From contig OZ271854.1 in the NCBI GenBank assembly GCA_965601925.1, forward strand, positions 4,672,001-4,736,000: a DNA stretch of 64,000 nt, written 5' to 3'. The notes under the pieces were generated by a model, which ran no database searches, was not told where the DNA came from, and saw only the letters and a list, made by a program, of their open reading frames with translations. Position 1 is the stretch's first letter. Each line of letters opens with the position of its first letter. This DNA comes from Alkalispirochaeta sp. Its GTDB lineage: Bacteria > Spirochaetota > Spirochaetia > DSM-27196 > Alkalispirochaetaceae. Made by a program: the position numbers and the translations under genes. Positions 47,974 through 58,026 of this stretch are shown in pieces.

Positions 47974-48452
47974 CAGGCGTGCATACTCATGATTCTTTCG
48001 GCGTACGGCAATAGCGGCAGCATGAAACCCGCAATCACACTATCGGATAATATACGCCCAGCGTCGAAAATCGGCTGCACCCGCAGCAACAGAACCGACA
48101 CGAATACGGCGAGGAGCCCCTCGGCGATACCGAGAAAAAAACCGAGCGCGCGGTCCAAACTCTCCAGGTTGATGCGCTCCACCAGACGGTTGAGCGCGTT
48201 TTCGAAGAGTTTGACGAGAATGTATACACCTAGAAACAACCCGAGAAAGGCGATAACCTGCGCCCAGGGCCCCTCTCCGAGCCATGGGCGAAGATACCCG
48301 GCGACCAGGCCCGAAAAGAGCACCGCGACGGCTATACCTGCAATAACCGCAGCCATGGACATGAACTCGCGCACGAAACCGCGGATGCCGGCTCGCAACG
48401 CGGCGAACACGGTAAGGGCTATAAACACGACATCGAGACCCGATAACTCCAC
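47973..48452 (-). CDS. cvpA: CvpA family membrane protein
   Basis: 'LRAGIRGFVREF', 'LDRALGFFLG'; GTG start right after the murG stop. Confidence 0.88.
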   Translation of the reverse strand: MELSGLDVVFIALTVFAALRAGIRGFVREFMSMAAVIAGIAVAVLFSGLVAGYLRPWLGEGPWAQVIAFLGLFLGVYILVKLFENALNRLVERINLESLDRALGFFLGIAEGLLAVFVSVLLLRVQPIFDAGRILSDSVIAGFMLPLLPYAERIMSMHA

Positions 48453-48453
48453 C

Positions 48454-49590
48454 CTACGGCTCCTCTCCACCAGAAAGTACCGCCTTCGGACGGACGCGGA
48501 CAGCGATTTCCGCGGCAATGCGCTGCGCAGCGTCGCGTACGGGCCAATCGTACGCCGCCCGCTCCATATCGAGACGACGCTCATCGTCTCGGAGCAGGGA
48601 GCGTATCGCCGCCTCCAATGCGTCGGGCTCCAAGTCGGGGCTTTCCAACACGATCGCCGCGCCGGCGCGGCGATAACGCTCCGCGTTCCGCAGTTGGTCG
48701 CCCCGCGAAGAGCCTGCGGAGAGGGGAATGAGCACCGACGCACGCCCGCACACGGCGATCTCCCAGATCGTCCCGGCGCCGGCACGGGCGACGACCACGT
48801 CGGCACGGTGGAGTAACGCCGGAAACGACGCGTCGAACCGGCTCGCGCCGTGATATCTCCCGGGGTGCGCCCGGCGGGCGATTTCGGGAATCATAGATGA
48901 GCCCGCCTCGCCGGTCTGATGAACCACGACGGCGTAGCTCGTCACCCGGCTTACGATCTCTTGCACGAGAAGATTGATCTGCCGCGCTCCCAACGATCCG
49001 CCGGTGACGAGCACCACCGGCAGGCTATCCTCGGCAATACCGATGGAGGAGAGTGCGCCGTTCCGATCGACATCGAAAAACGCCTCTCGCACCGGATTAC
49101 CGCTTACCACGACGCGATCACGCACGCTACGCGGAAAGGCGTGAACCGAATCTGCGTACGGCACCAAGATCCGTTCCGCCAGCGGAGCGGTGATACGCGT
49201 TGCCAACCCCGGATCGGCGTCCGATTCGTGGATGAGGACGGGAATCCGCCGCACTCGTGCGGCGAGGACGACCGGCACGGCGACGAATCCACCCTTTGAG
49301 AACACGAGGCACGCGCGTAAGGTTCCAAGCAGACGCCATGCGGCGAGCACTCCGGCAATGACGCGAAAGGCGTCGAGGAGATTCTCGATATCGAAGTATC
49401 GACGGAGTTTGCCTGCGGGGACGGCACGATACTCGATCCCCGCCCGTCTCACGATTGAACGCTCGATCCCTCGATGCGATCCGATCCATACCACGCGGGA
49501 TTGTAAGGTTTGAGGAAGGGCGCGCACTACGGAGATGCCGGGAAAGACGTGACCGCCGGTGCCCCCTCCGGTAAAAACAACGGTTCTCAT
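48454..49590 (-). CDS. murG: MurG glycosyltransferase
   Basis: 'TGGGTGGHVFP', 'GKLRRY', 'GGSLGA', 'RAGAGT', 'DQLRNA'. Confidence 0.95.
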   Translation of the reverse strand: MRTVVFTGGGTGGHVFPGISVVRALPQTLQSRVVWIGSHRGIERSIVRRAGIEYRAVPAGKLRRYFDIENLLDAFRVIAGVLAAWRLLGTLRACLVFSKGGFVAVPVVLAARVRRIPVLIHESDADPGLATRITAPLAERILVPYADSVHAFPRSVRDRVVVSGNPVREAFFDVDRNGALSSIGIAEDSLPVVLVTGGSLGARQINLLVQEIVSRVTSYAVVVHQTGEAGSSMIPEIARRAHPGRYHGASRFDASFPALLHRADVVVARAGAGTIWEIAVCGRASVLIPLSAGSSRGDQLRNAERYRRAGAAIVLESPDLEPDALEAAIRSLLRDDERRLDMERAAYDWPVRDAAQRIAAEIAVRVRPKAVLSGGEEP

Positions 49591-49591
49591 A

Positions 49592-49620
49592 TTGTACCAG
49601 GATTCCGATCGTTGTACGGT
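49592..49620 (+). promoter_or_regulatory. Candidate leaderless promoter
   Basis: TTGTAC-N17-TACGGT-N8-ATG 49629. Confidence 0.45.
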
Positions 49621-49628
49621 ACGGTACC

Positions 49629-50396
49629 ATGCGACACGTGAATACTGCAATTCTGATTCTGACGGCCGTCGTCGCGCCGTTCGTGCTCGAAGCTCAACAG
49701 AGCGGAGAAAGGCAACTTGCCGACGGACGGAGCAGTTTTTATCGCGACACGGTCGAGACCGCCCTGGCGCCCGAGTCTCCGTTTCTCGCGGAGATAAGGG
49801 ACGATCTCTCCGAGTTGGCGCCTGAAGTCGGTATCGAAATCTCGCTGCCCATTCCCGTCGACCCGATCGTATTCTCGGAGGGCGGCATCTTAGAGGTATA
49901 CAACATACTCAGGAGCGTCAGCACGATGGAGGGCATCGAGTACTACTCCGCGAGCCGCGATGAGATGCGCATCTTCTATCGGGAGAGCTACGCGATAGAA
50001 GACCCGGACGGTCGAGCGCGCATTCCCGATCCCTTTGTCGACGAAATCCCCGAACGCTCGCAGATTTTCGCCTACCAGCGCGACGGATCGTTCGGGCGCA
50101 ATGTGCAACGCTTGGAGTACGCGTTTCAAGACGGAGAGACGCTCCTGCGCATCGAAAACGTCACTACGATGACCTACAGAGTCTTTCCTCTTGTCGCACC
50201 GGGTAACTTGCGGACTTTTCTTCTGATACAGCCCGACCGCGAGGCGGGAGTACTCCACTTCTACGGTAATTTGGCGGTTCGCGTCCCGGCGCTGTTCGGT
50301 ATGGAGGAACGCTCTCAGAACAGCTTTTACAACCGCATCGTCGCACTCCACGCGTGGTTTACCGATCAGCTGGATAGTAGAGGCCTTCTACGTTAA
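49629..50396 (+). CDS. Exported spirochaete protein (DUF6675-like)
   Basis: Signal peptide; 'ILRSVSTMEGIEYYSASR', 'SFYNRIVAL..WF'; family assigned from recollection. Confidence 0.65.
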   Translation: MRHVNTAILILTAVVAPFVLEAQQSGERQLADGRSSFYRDTVETALAPESPFLAEIRDDLSELAPEVGIEISLPIPVDPIVFSEGGILEVYNILRSVSTMEGIEYYSASRDEMRIFYRESYAIEDPDGRARIPDPFVDEIPERSQIFAYQRDGSFGRNVQRLEYAFQDGETLLRIENVTTMTYRVFPLVAPGNLRTFLLIQPDREAGVLHFYGNLAVRVPALFGMEERSQNSFYNRIVALHAWFTDQLDSRGLLR

Positions 50397-50430
50397 CGGA
50401 AATCTAACACGATCTTAACAGAGGACTTAC
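50393..50430 (+). promoter_or_regulatory. Pho-box array upstream of pstS
   Basis: TTAAC/CTAAC/TTAAC/CTTAC at 50393, 50404, 50415 and 50426, an exact 11-bp period. Confidence 0.75.
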
Positions 50431-50497
50431 TCGCACGCTATTGGATAGCGGTCGTACGCCGTAGGGCGGATTTACAATCCTTAAGGGGGATAGCTAC

Positions 50498-51481
50498 ATG
50501 AAGAAAGCTATTGTTGTGCTGAGCATGCTTTTGATTGCCGGGCTCGTATTTGCCGGTGGTCAGCAAGACGGTGGAGAGGCGGCCGAGGGCCCCTGGAGCT
50601 GGGTCATTGACGGAGGTGACTTCCCGCAGGTAAACGCCCTTGCCGTACAGGGCAACGTTATTACCGCCGGTAGTTCTACCGTATTTCCCGCCGCCGAGTA
50701 CCTGGCCGCGCAGTTCCAGGACGAAGGTTACAGCGGCAACATTACGATCGACAGCATCGGTTCCGGTGGCGGTTTCGAGCGCTTTACCAACGGAGAGACC
50801 GACGTTTCCAACGCCAGCCGCGCCATTCGCGACAGCGAAGTCGAGGCCGCACGTGCCATCGGTCGCGAGCCGATCGAGTTTCGCATCGGTACCGACGCCC
50901 TCGCGGTTGTCGTTAACCCCGAGAACGACTGGGTAGACAACGCGTCCATCGAGGATCTCGCCACGATCATGACCGCCGATCGTTGGAGCGACATCGATCC
51001 GAGCTGGCCCGACCAGCCGGTACTTAAGTTCATCCCCGGCACCGACAGCGGCACGTTCGACTACTTCGTAGAAGAGGTGTTCGACGAGGATGCCGAGCCC
51101 CTTCTCGCGTCCAACAACGTGCAGCTCTCGGAAGATGACAACATCCTGGTACAGGGCGTCGAAGGCAGCCCCTACGCGATCGGGTTCTTCGGATACGCGT
51201 TCTACGCCAACGAGGGTGAAGCGCTTAAGATCCTCAGCATCGAGGATGTCGTGGCCAACACCGCGAATGTAGATAACGGTAGCTATCCGCTGGCTCGCCC
51301 GCTGTTCATGTACAGCGACGCCACCATCATGCGCGAGAAGCCGCAGGTCGCCGCATGGCTCGCCTACGTGCTCAACAACGCTCGCGATGGTATGCTTGGT
51401 GTCGGCTACTTCGAAGCGCCCGCTTCCGCCATCGAAGAGGGTCGGCAAGCGTGGCTTGACGCCGTCGGCGACGCGTTCTAG
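50498..51481 (+). CDS. pstS: Phosphate ABC binding protein
   Basis: 'AGSSTVFP', 'GSGGGF', 'SNASR', 'DSGTFDYF', 'YPLARPLFMY'. Confidence 0.95.
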   Translation: MKKAIVVLSMLLIAGLVFAGGQQDGGEAAEGPWSWVIDGGDFPQVNALAVQGNVITAGSSTVFPAAEYLAAQFQDEGYSGNITIDSIGSGGGFERFTNGETDVSNASRAIRDSEVEAARAIGREPIEFRIGTDALAVVVNPENDWVDNASIEDLATIMTADRWSDIDPSWPDQPVLKFIPGTDSGTFDYFVEEVFDEDAEPLLASNNVQLSEDDNILVQGVEGSPYAIGFFGYAFYANEGEALKILSIEDVVANTANVDNGSYPLARPLFMYSDATIMREKPQVAAWLAYVLNNARDGMLGVGYFEAPASAIEEGRQAWLDAVGDAF

Positions 51482-51512
51482 TCCGGGATCGAATCCCAAT
51501 CTATCCTGAACG

Positions 51513-51540
51513 ACGGGAGGGCTTCGCCCTCCCGTTTTTT
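51513..51540 (+). terminator. Intra-operon terminator-like hairpin between pstS and pstC
   Basis: ACGGGAGGGC-ttc-GCCCTCCCGT-T5. Confidence 0.75.
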
Positions 51541-51556
51541 GCAGGCGGAGGTTTTC

Positions 51557-52498
51557 ATGTCAGATACGACGCAGACAGTAACTCCCACAAAACCCAAGAT
51601 CGACTTCTCTCGACGTCGCAGGCCGCACGAGCAGATCATTCAGGCGTTTCTCTTTCTATGCGCCGCGATATCGATATTCGTGACCGTCGGGATCGTATTC
51701 GAGCTGGCGCAGGACTCACTCCTCTTTTTTCGCGATCCGCAAGTCACTTTTTGGGAGTTTATTACCGGAACGGAATGGCAACCGGTGATCGGACAATTCG
51801 GCATCTGGCCGCTTCTCTCGGCGACGATGATGACGAGTACCATAGCGATGTTGGTTGCCTTTCCGCTCGGCCTTATGGTCGCGATTTATCTCAGCGAGTA
51901 CGCCTCCGAACGCGTACGCGGCGTGCTCAAGCCGATCTTAGAGGTACTCGCCGGAATTCCGACGGTCGTATACGGCTACTTCGCGGTGACATTTATGACG
52001 CCGCTCCTTCAAAGCATCTTCGGCCGCGACGTCGTAGACGTATATAACACCGCTTCGGCCGGTATCGTCATGGGGATTCTCATATTGCCGTTAATCTCCT
52101 CCATGACCGAGGACGCTCTGAGCTCGGTACCGCGGAGCCTTAGAGCTGCGGCATTCGCACTCGGAGCGACTAAAATGGAGACCTCGATGCAAATCGTCGT
52201 GCCGGCCGCCTTCTCCGGCCTCGCCGCGGCGTTTATCGTCGCCCTTTCGCGTGCCGTCGGTGAGACGATGATCGTCGCGCTCGCCGCCGGAGCCGGCCCC
52301 AACTTGACCGCCAACCCATTCGAGGGCGCCGAGACGCTTACCGGGTACATCGTGCGCATCAGCGGCGGAGATATCAGCTACAACTCCGTCGACTACAATA
52401 GCATTTTCGCCCTCGGGCTGGTGCTTTTTACCATCACGTTGACCCTCAACATCATCAGTCGCCGCATCGTCGAGAAGTATCGGGAGGTGTATGAATGA
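51557..52498 (+). CDS. pstC: Phosphate ABC permease
   Basis: 'LAGIPTVVYG', 'SRAVGETMIV'; SD GGAGG. Confidence 0.95.
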   Translation: MSDTTQTVTPTKPKIDFSRRRRPHEQIIQAFLFLCAAISIFVTVGIVFELAQDSLLFFRDPQVTFWEFITGTEWQPVIGQFGIWPLLSATMMTSTIAMLVAFPLGLMVAIYLSEYASERVRGVLKPILEVLAGIPTVVYGYFAVTFMTPLLQSIFGRDVVDVYNTASAGIVMGILILPLISSMTEDALSSVPRSLRAAAFALGATKMETSMQIVVPAAFSGLAAAFIVALSRAVGETMIVALAAGAGPNLTANPFEGAETLTGYIVRISGGDISYNSVDYNSIFALGLVLFTITLTLNIISRRIVEKYREVYE

Positions 52499-53757
52499 GC
52501 ACGATCCAGACCCGACACATCACCCACAAACACGACGAAATCATGGCGAACATCATGCGTCGCCGCCGTTCCGGACAGGTATGGCACGTCGCCTTCTACG
52601 TGGCGACAACCATTGCGATTCTCATGTTGATCGTCTTGCTCTTGAACATATTCAACAGCGTCTTCGGTTTTGTGCTCATCGAGAATGAGGTTCAGCCCGA
52701 AACACTCGTGGCGAGCGGCAACCTCGAGGATCTGAGTGCCGAGGAACTGGTGGCCATTTTGGAGACGAATCTCTCGGCGGGACTGATCAGACGCTTCAAC
52801 TTCGAGGATCCCCTCGCTGAACGGAGCGTCTCCGATCTCGCCGAACTCGTCCAGGAGCGGATCGTGAACCCGACGATCATCGAGGCGTGGTCGCTCGGAG
52901 AGTCCCTGTTCAGCCAAGACGCAATTCGCGCGGATCACGCGGAGTACCCCGACGCCGTCCTGCGCTTTCGCAGTTGGCTGAATCCGCATTTTCTCATCTC
53001 GGCCCAGAATCCGCGCCCGCAATTCGCGGGAATCCGGACCGCCTTTCTCGGTTCTCTTTGGATGATTCTGATCGTTATCGTCGTGTCGTTTCCGATCGGG
53101 GTGGCGGCGGCAATCTATCTCGAAGAATATGCCCGCGCCGACCGGTGGTATAACCGGATTATCGAGGTCAATATCTACAACCTCGCCGGTGTGCCGTCGA
53201 TCATCTTCGGTCTGTTGGGGCTTGCGGTGTTCGTTCGCGGTCTCGAGCCCTTTACCAGCGGCGCCATGTTCGGCATCGGCGATCCGACGACCGCGAACGG
53301 GCGTACGATCGTCTCCGCGGGCTTCACGCTGTCGCTGTTGATCCTACCGATTATCATCATCAACTCCCGCGAGGCGATTCGTGCGGTGCCGGGGAGCCTC
53401 AGAGAGTCGAGTTACGGCTTGGGCGCCACCAAATGGGAGACGATCTGGCACCACGTGTTGCCCGCCTCATTCGATCGCATTCTTACCGGAACGATTCTCG
53501 CGATCTCCCGGGCCGTGGGCGAGACGGCGCCGATCGTCGTAGTGGGGGCATCGACCTTCATTACCGTGGACCCGCGCACGCTCTTTTCCCGATTCACCAC
53601 GTTGCCGATTCAAATCTATCAATGGTCGGCGCGCCCCCAAAGCCAGTTCCGCAACGTCGCCGCGGCGGCCATCATCGTGCTGCTCGTTTTGATGCTATCG
53701 ATGAATGCGACGGCAATCATCATGCGCAATCGCATTTCCAAAAAGAGGAGAATCTGA
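52495..53757 (+). CDS. pstA: Phosphate ABC permease with extracytoplasmic insertion
   Basis: 'NLAGVPSIIFG', 'SRAVGETAP'. Confidence 0.94.
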   Translation: MSTIQTRHITHKHDEIMANIMRRRRSGQVWHVAFYVATTIAILMLIVLLLNIFNSVFGFVLIENEVQPETLVASGNLEDLSAEELVAILETNLSAGLIRRFNFEDPLAERSVSDLAELVQERIVNPTIIEAWSLGESLFSQDAIRADHAEYPDAVLRFRSWLNPHFLISAQNPRPQFAGIRTAFLGSLWMILIVIVVSFPIGVAAAIYLEEYARADRWYNRIIEVNIYNLAGVPSIIFGLLGLAVFVRGLEPFTSGAMFGIGDPTTANGRTIVSAGFTLSLLILPIIIINSREAIRAVPGSLRESSYGLGATKWETIWHHVLPASFDRILTGTILAISRAVGETAPIVVVGASTFITVDPRTLFSRFTTLPIQIYQWSARPQSQFRNVAAAAIIVLLVLMLSMNATAIIMRNRISKKRRI

Positions 53758-53760
53758 CCC

Positions 53761-54516
53761 ATGGACAATACCTTGGCAATGCAAACGAAACAGCTGGACT
53801 TCTTCTACGGAGATTTTCAGGCCCTTCACGAAGTGAACCTAAACTTCATCGAGAACCACGTGACCGCGCTGATCGGCCCGTCGGGATGCGGCAAGAGTAC
53901 GCTTCTACGCTGTCTCAACCGCATGAACGATCTCATCCCCGATACCCGCGCCGTCGGAGAGGTCTTTTTCCGCGATCAGAACGTCTACTCGGAGGATGTC
54001 GACCCGGTTGAGATTCGCCGCCGCGTGGGTATGGTCTTTCAAAAGCCGAACCCCTTTCCCAAGAGCGTGTTCGACAATATCGCATGGGGCGCGAAGATCA
54101 ACGGATACAAGGGCGATCTGGACGAGCTGGTGGAGACGAGTCTCAAAAAATGCGCTCTTTGGGACGAGGTGAAAGACAAGCTCAAACAGAACGCGCTGGA
54201 GCTCTCCGGCGGTCAGCAGCAGCGTCTCTGTATCGCCCGGGCGATCGCGGTAGAACCGGACGTCGTACTGATGGACGAGCCGACCAGCGCGCTCGATCCG
54301 ATCTCGACCGCCAAAATCGAGGACCTGATAACGGAATTGAAAGAGCGTTATACTATCATTATCGTAACGCACAACATGCAGCAGGCCGGACGCGTATCGG
54401 ATCAGACTGCATTCTTTCTTAACGGCTGGATTATAGAGGCCGGCGACACCAAAGACATCTTCTTCAACCCGAAAGAAGAGCGTACCGAGGCGTACATATC
54501 TGGTCGATTCGGCTGA
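53761..54516 (+). CDS. pstB: Phosphate ABC ATPase
   Basis: 'GPSGCGKST', '[10 protein letters not shown]', '[13 protein letters not shown]', 'YISGRFG'. Confidence 0.97.
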   Translation: MDNTLAMQTKQLDFFYGDFQALHEVNLNFIENHVTALIGPSGCGKSTLLRCLNRMNDLIPDTRAVGEVFFRDQNVYSEDVDPVEIRRRVGMVFQKPNPFPKSVFDNIAWGAKINGYKGDLDELVETSLKKCALWDEVKDKLKQNALELSGGQQQRLCIARAIAVEPDVVLMDEPTSALDPISTAKIEDLITELKERYTIIIVTHNMQQAGRVSDQTAFFLNGWIIEAGDTKDIFFNPKEERTEAYISGRFG

Positions 54517-54533
54517 TACAGGAGGTATAGCCC

Positions 54534-55196
54534 ATGCAACCGCGACAACACTTTTCAGAACAACTCAGAGAGATGTACCAGGAAGTCCTTCAGATGGGGA
54601 CGTTGGTCGAGGAGGCGCTGCAGAAGGCGCTTACCGCAGTCACTAATCGCGACACGGCGCTGGCCGAATCGGTGAAAGAGAACGATCACGCGATCGACAC
54701 ATTGCAGTTCTCCATCGATAAGCGCTGTACGGAGATCATTGCCACCGAGCAGCCCGTCGCAACCGATCTGCGGGAGATCCTGGTCGCCATGAAAATCGCC
54801 TCGGACCTCGAGCGGATCGGCGACCACGCGCGCCATCTGGTCCGCGTCATGGATCAGCTGAGCGACGAGGTCTTTCGCGAAACGATGCCGCAATTTCGCA
54901 GGATGACCGAACAGGGCATCGAGATGGTACACGACTCGATCACCGCGTACGTGAACCACGACGCCGAGTTGGCTCGAACGGTAGCCCGGCGCGACGACGA
55001 TATCGATATCATGCACCGCGCCTTGTACAAGGAACTTCTCGCCATGATCGCCGCCAACCCCGATCGCGTAGAGACCGGCACTTCGTTGGTCTTTCTCAAC
55101 CGGTTTCTCGAACGTCTGGGCGACCACGTGACCAACATGTGCGAGTGGATCGTGTACACCAAGACCGGCGAGCACGTCGAGCTCAACAAAACGTAA
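54534..55196 (+). CDS. phoU: Phosphate signalling protein PhoU
   Basis: 'QPVATDLR', 'DLERIGDH', 'LERLGDHVTN.CE'. Confidence 0.96.
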   Translation: MQPRQHFSEQLREMYQEVLQMGTLVEEALQKALTAVTNRDTALAESVKENDHAIDTLQFSIDKRCTEIIATEQPVATDLREILVAMKIASDLERIGDHARHLVRVMDQLSDEVFRETMPQFRRMTEQGIEMVHDSITAYVNHDAELARTVARRDDDIDIMHRALYKELLAMIAANPDRVETGTSLVFLNRFLERLGDHVTNMCEWIVYTKTGEHVELNKT

Positions 55197-55202
55197 GGCG
55201 CT

Positions 55203-55892
55203 ATGAGCCGGGATTTGATACTCGTCGTGGACGACGAGGTAGATATCCAGGAACTGATACGGTACAACTTGAAAAAAGAGGGCCTCTCCGTCTACGCAGT
55301 CGGTACCGGCGAGGAGGCCCTTACGGCCGCGGAGGAACTGCGTCCGGGGGCGATCGTGCTGGACCTCATGCTTCCCGGTATGGACGGTGTACAAGTGTGC
55401 AACCGGCTCAAACGGCAGGAATCCACCAAGACCATTCCCGTCGTAATGCTCACCGCAAAGTCCGAGGACGCCGATGTCGTCGCGGGCCTCGAAACGGGAG
55501 CGGATGACTATATCACAAAGCCGTTCAGCCCTCGCGTTTTGGTGGCGCGCCTGAGAGCCGTGCTGCGTCGTACCGAGACCGGTGGGCGTACCGACGAGAG
55601 TCGCCTGTCGGCCCACGGCGTCTTCATGGACCTCAGTAAACACGAGGTGAAATGCGGCGACCGCGAGGTACACCTGTCGGCGACCGAGTTCGCCATTCTC
55701 CAGTTTTTGATGCGTAACCCCGGCTGGGTATTCTCACGCGATAAGATCATCGACGCGGTCCGTGGGAAAGACTATCCGGTGACCGAGCGCTCGGTAGACG
55801 TGCAAATACTCGGACTACGCAAGAAGTTGGACGAGTACGGCTCGCTCATCGAGACGGTACGCGGCGTCGGCTATCGCTTCAAGGCAAAATAG
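55203..55892 (+). CDS. phoB: OmpR-family response regulator, PhoB/PhoP
   Basis: 'VVDDE', 'LDLMLPG', 'GADDYITKPF', 'ETVRGVGY'; pst context. Confidence 0.9.
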   Translation: MSRDLILVVDDEVDIQELIRYNLKKEGLSVYAVGTGEEALTAAEELRPGAIVLDLMLPGMDGVQVCNRLKRQESTKTIPVVMLTAKSEDADVVAGLETGADDYITKPFSPRVLVARLRAVLRRTETGGRTDESRLSAHGVFMDLSKHEVKCGDREVHLSATEFAILQFLMRNPGWVFSRDKIIDAVRGKDYPVTERSVDVQILGLRKKLDEYGSLIETVRGVGYRFKAK

Positions 55893-56213
55893 TGCTGCGC
55901 GTCTCCGATGGCGCACGTGTTAACCGGATCATGGATAGGCGACAACGTCGATCGCTCAGCAGGCCGAGTTGGTTGCGTTCCTCGTACCTGCGGTACGCAA
56001 CCGGCCTGAAGTCGCGCTCGTCGCCGTCACCTACCCGCACGTGATTTCACCCGCGCGCAGCGCCGTTTGATAGATCGTAGGGAGAAGGGGGCCGTCGGTG
56101 CGTTCTCGATGGATTGCGAGGGCGCGGAGGCCGTCCGCCGAGAGTTCTCGGGTCGGGGCTGGCGCACCGGCAGGACAGCGAATACAATACCTCTTCGGTA
56201 GGAACCGCTTCAC

Positions 56214-57965
56214 ATGTCACGCACACTCGTCCGTTATGTCTTCCCGCAGTTCGCCGTACGCCTCGTTGCGGTTGTACTGGTAATGGCCGGCGCGATCTTC
56301 TCCTTTGCTCGCTCATATCGCGCACAGACGCTCCTTAACCACCTCGACCGAGACGTTGTCGTACTCGAATCGGCGCTGAACCTCTACGAAGAGTCGTCCT
56401 CGCCGCGTATGCGACTTTGGCTCGATGGCGTCGCCGACGGTACCGATCTCGATGTCGTCCTCTTTGACGAGGCGGTTCGAACGGTGTACACGAGTAATCA
56501 CGGCGTCTCCTTGTTGGTAGCACCGCTTCTTGAGGAGGCGTTACGCGACGGTGAGCCGATCGTGAACGCGTCGTTCCGTCGCCGGCGGAGCGTGGCGGTC
56601 GTACGTCCCATTCAACTGGCGGGATGGGACGACGTTCGCTATCTATCGGTTGCGAGCACCCGTGAGCGCCTCGAAGACGAAACCACATCGCTCATCGTGT
56701 GGTTTGCCGTAACGATCGTCGCGGGTCTCGGCATCGTACTCCTCGTCAGTTATCGTATCGTCGACGGAATTAACGCCCCCTTGCGCCATCTGCAACTCGC
56801 TGCGACCCGATTCGCCGAAGGCGACTTGGGATATCGATGCTTCTTGCCCGAACCGCTCGAGTTCGCCCGCCTCGCCGAGACGATGAACAGTATGGCTTCC
56901 CAACTCACCGCTCGTATCGAGGCGATCAGGAGCCAACGCAAACAGTTGGAGGCGATTCTCGGGAGTATGGTGGAGGGCGTCGTACTCATCGATGCACAAC
57001 TCAGGGTTCAGTCCATGAACGTCGCGGCGCGGAAGCTCTTCGACGTATCTTCGATCAAAACCGAATTCGGAGAGCCGCGAACGCTCCTGGAGGTAATCCG
57101 CAACAGCGATATCTACAACTTCATTCGCCACACGATGGAGACCGGGACCAGCCAGGAGCACAACGTCGTGATCTATACGAATCCGCCGCGGTACATGCAG
57201 ATTCACGGAACGGTAGTAACGATCGAGGAGGAGCGCGGCGTACTGGTCGTGCTCAACGATATCACTCGGCTCCAGGAGCTCGAAACGGTGCGCAAGGAGT
57301 TCGTAGCGAACGTCTCCCATGAACTCAAAACGCCCATCACATCGATCCTCGGCTTTGTCGAAACGCTCGTCGACGGCGCGTTGGACGAACCGGAGGAGGC
57401 GATGCGATTTCTGGAAATCATCACCAAACAGGCCCACAGACTCAGTGCGATAATCGAAGACTTGCTGCAACTCTCGCGCTTAGAGCAGGGCAAAGAATCG
57501 ATCGCCACGGAGCGAGTTCGCGCAGAGGACATCGTCGCGGCGCTCCGCAGGACCATGCAGAGCCGGGCCGATGAAAAGTCGATCGCTCTACGCGACCACT
57601 ATCGAGGATCGACGGAGATAGCGGTCAACGCCAGCCTCATCGAGCAAGCTCTCACGAACTTGGTTGACAATGCGATTAAGTACAGTCAGTCCGGAGCGGT
57701 AGTCGATATCACCTTCGCAAATCGATCACGGCAGCTACTCATCACCGTAGCCGACAACGGGCCGGGAATCCCGGAATCCGATCAACCGCGCCTTTTCGAA
57801 CGTTTTTTTCGGGTGGACAAAGCGCGTAGTCGTACCCTCGGCGGAACGGGATTGGGATTGGCAATCGTAAAACACATCGTTCAGGCACACGGTGGAACCG
57901 TGTCGGTAGAGAGCGCGCCCAACCGCGGGGCGCGTTTTCTTCTCGACATACCGCAACCGGAATGA
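56214..57965 (+). CDS. phoR: Sensor kinase (HAMP-PAS-HisKA-HATPase), PhoR
   Basis: 'FVANVSHELKTPIT', 'NLVDNAIKYS', 'FERFFRVDKARSR..GGTGLGL'. Confidence 0.9.
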   Translation: MSRTLVRYVFPQFAVRLVAVVLVMAGAIFSFARSYRAQTLLNHLDRDVVVLESALNLYEESSSPRMRLWLDGVADGTDLDVVLFDEAVRTVYTSNHGVSLLVAPLLEEALRDGEPIVNASFRRRRSVAVVRPIQLAGWDDVRYLSVASTRERLEDETTSLIVWFAVTIVAGLGIVLLVSYRIVDGINAPLRHLQLAATRFAEGDLGYRCFLPEPLEFARLAETMNSMASQLTARIEAIRSQRKQLEAILGSMVEGVVLIDAQLRVQSMNVAARKLFDVSSIKTEFGEPRTLLEVIRNSDIYNFIRHTMETGTSQEHNVVIYTNPPRYMQIHGTVVTIEEERGVLVVLNDITRLQELETVRKEFVANVSHELKTPITSILGFVETLVDGALDEPEEAMRFLEIITKQAHRLSAIIEDLLQLSRLEQGKESIATERVRAEDIVAALRRTMQSRADEKSIALRDHYRGSTEIAVNASLIEQALTNLVDNAIKYSQSGAVVDITFANRSRQLLITVADNGPGIPESDQPRLFERFFRVDKARSRTLGGTGLGLAIVKHIVQAHGGTVSVESAPNRGARFLLDIPQPE

Positions 57966-58026
57966 CCCGTCGCGGGTATACAACGCGCGTTCGTATCCCA
58001 ACCGGTCGCGCGCGCTCGGGACCGAC

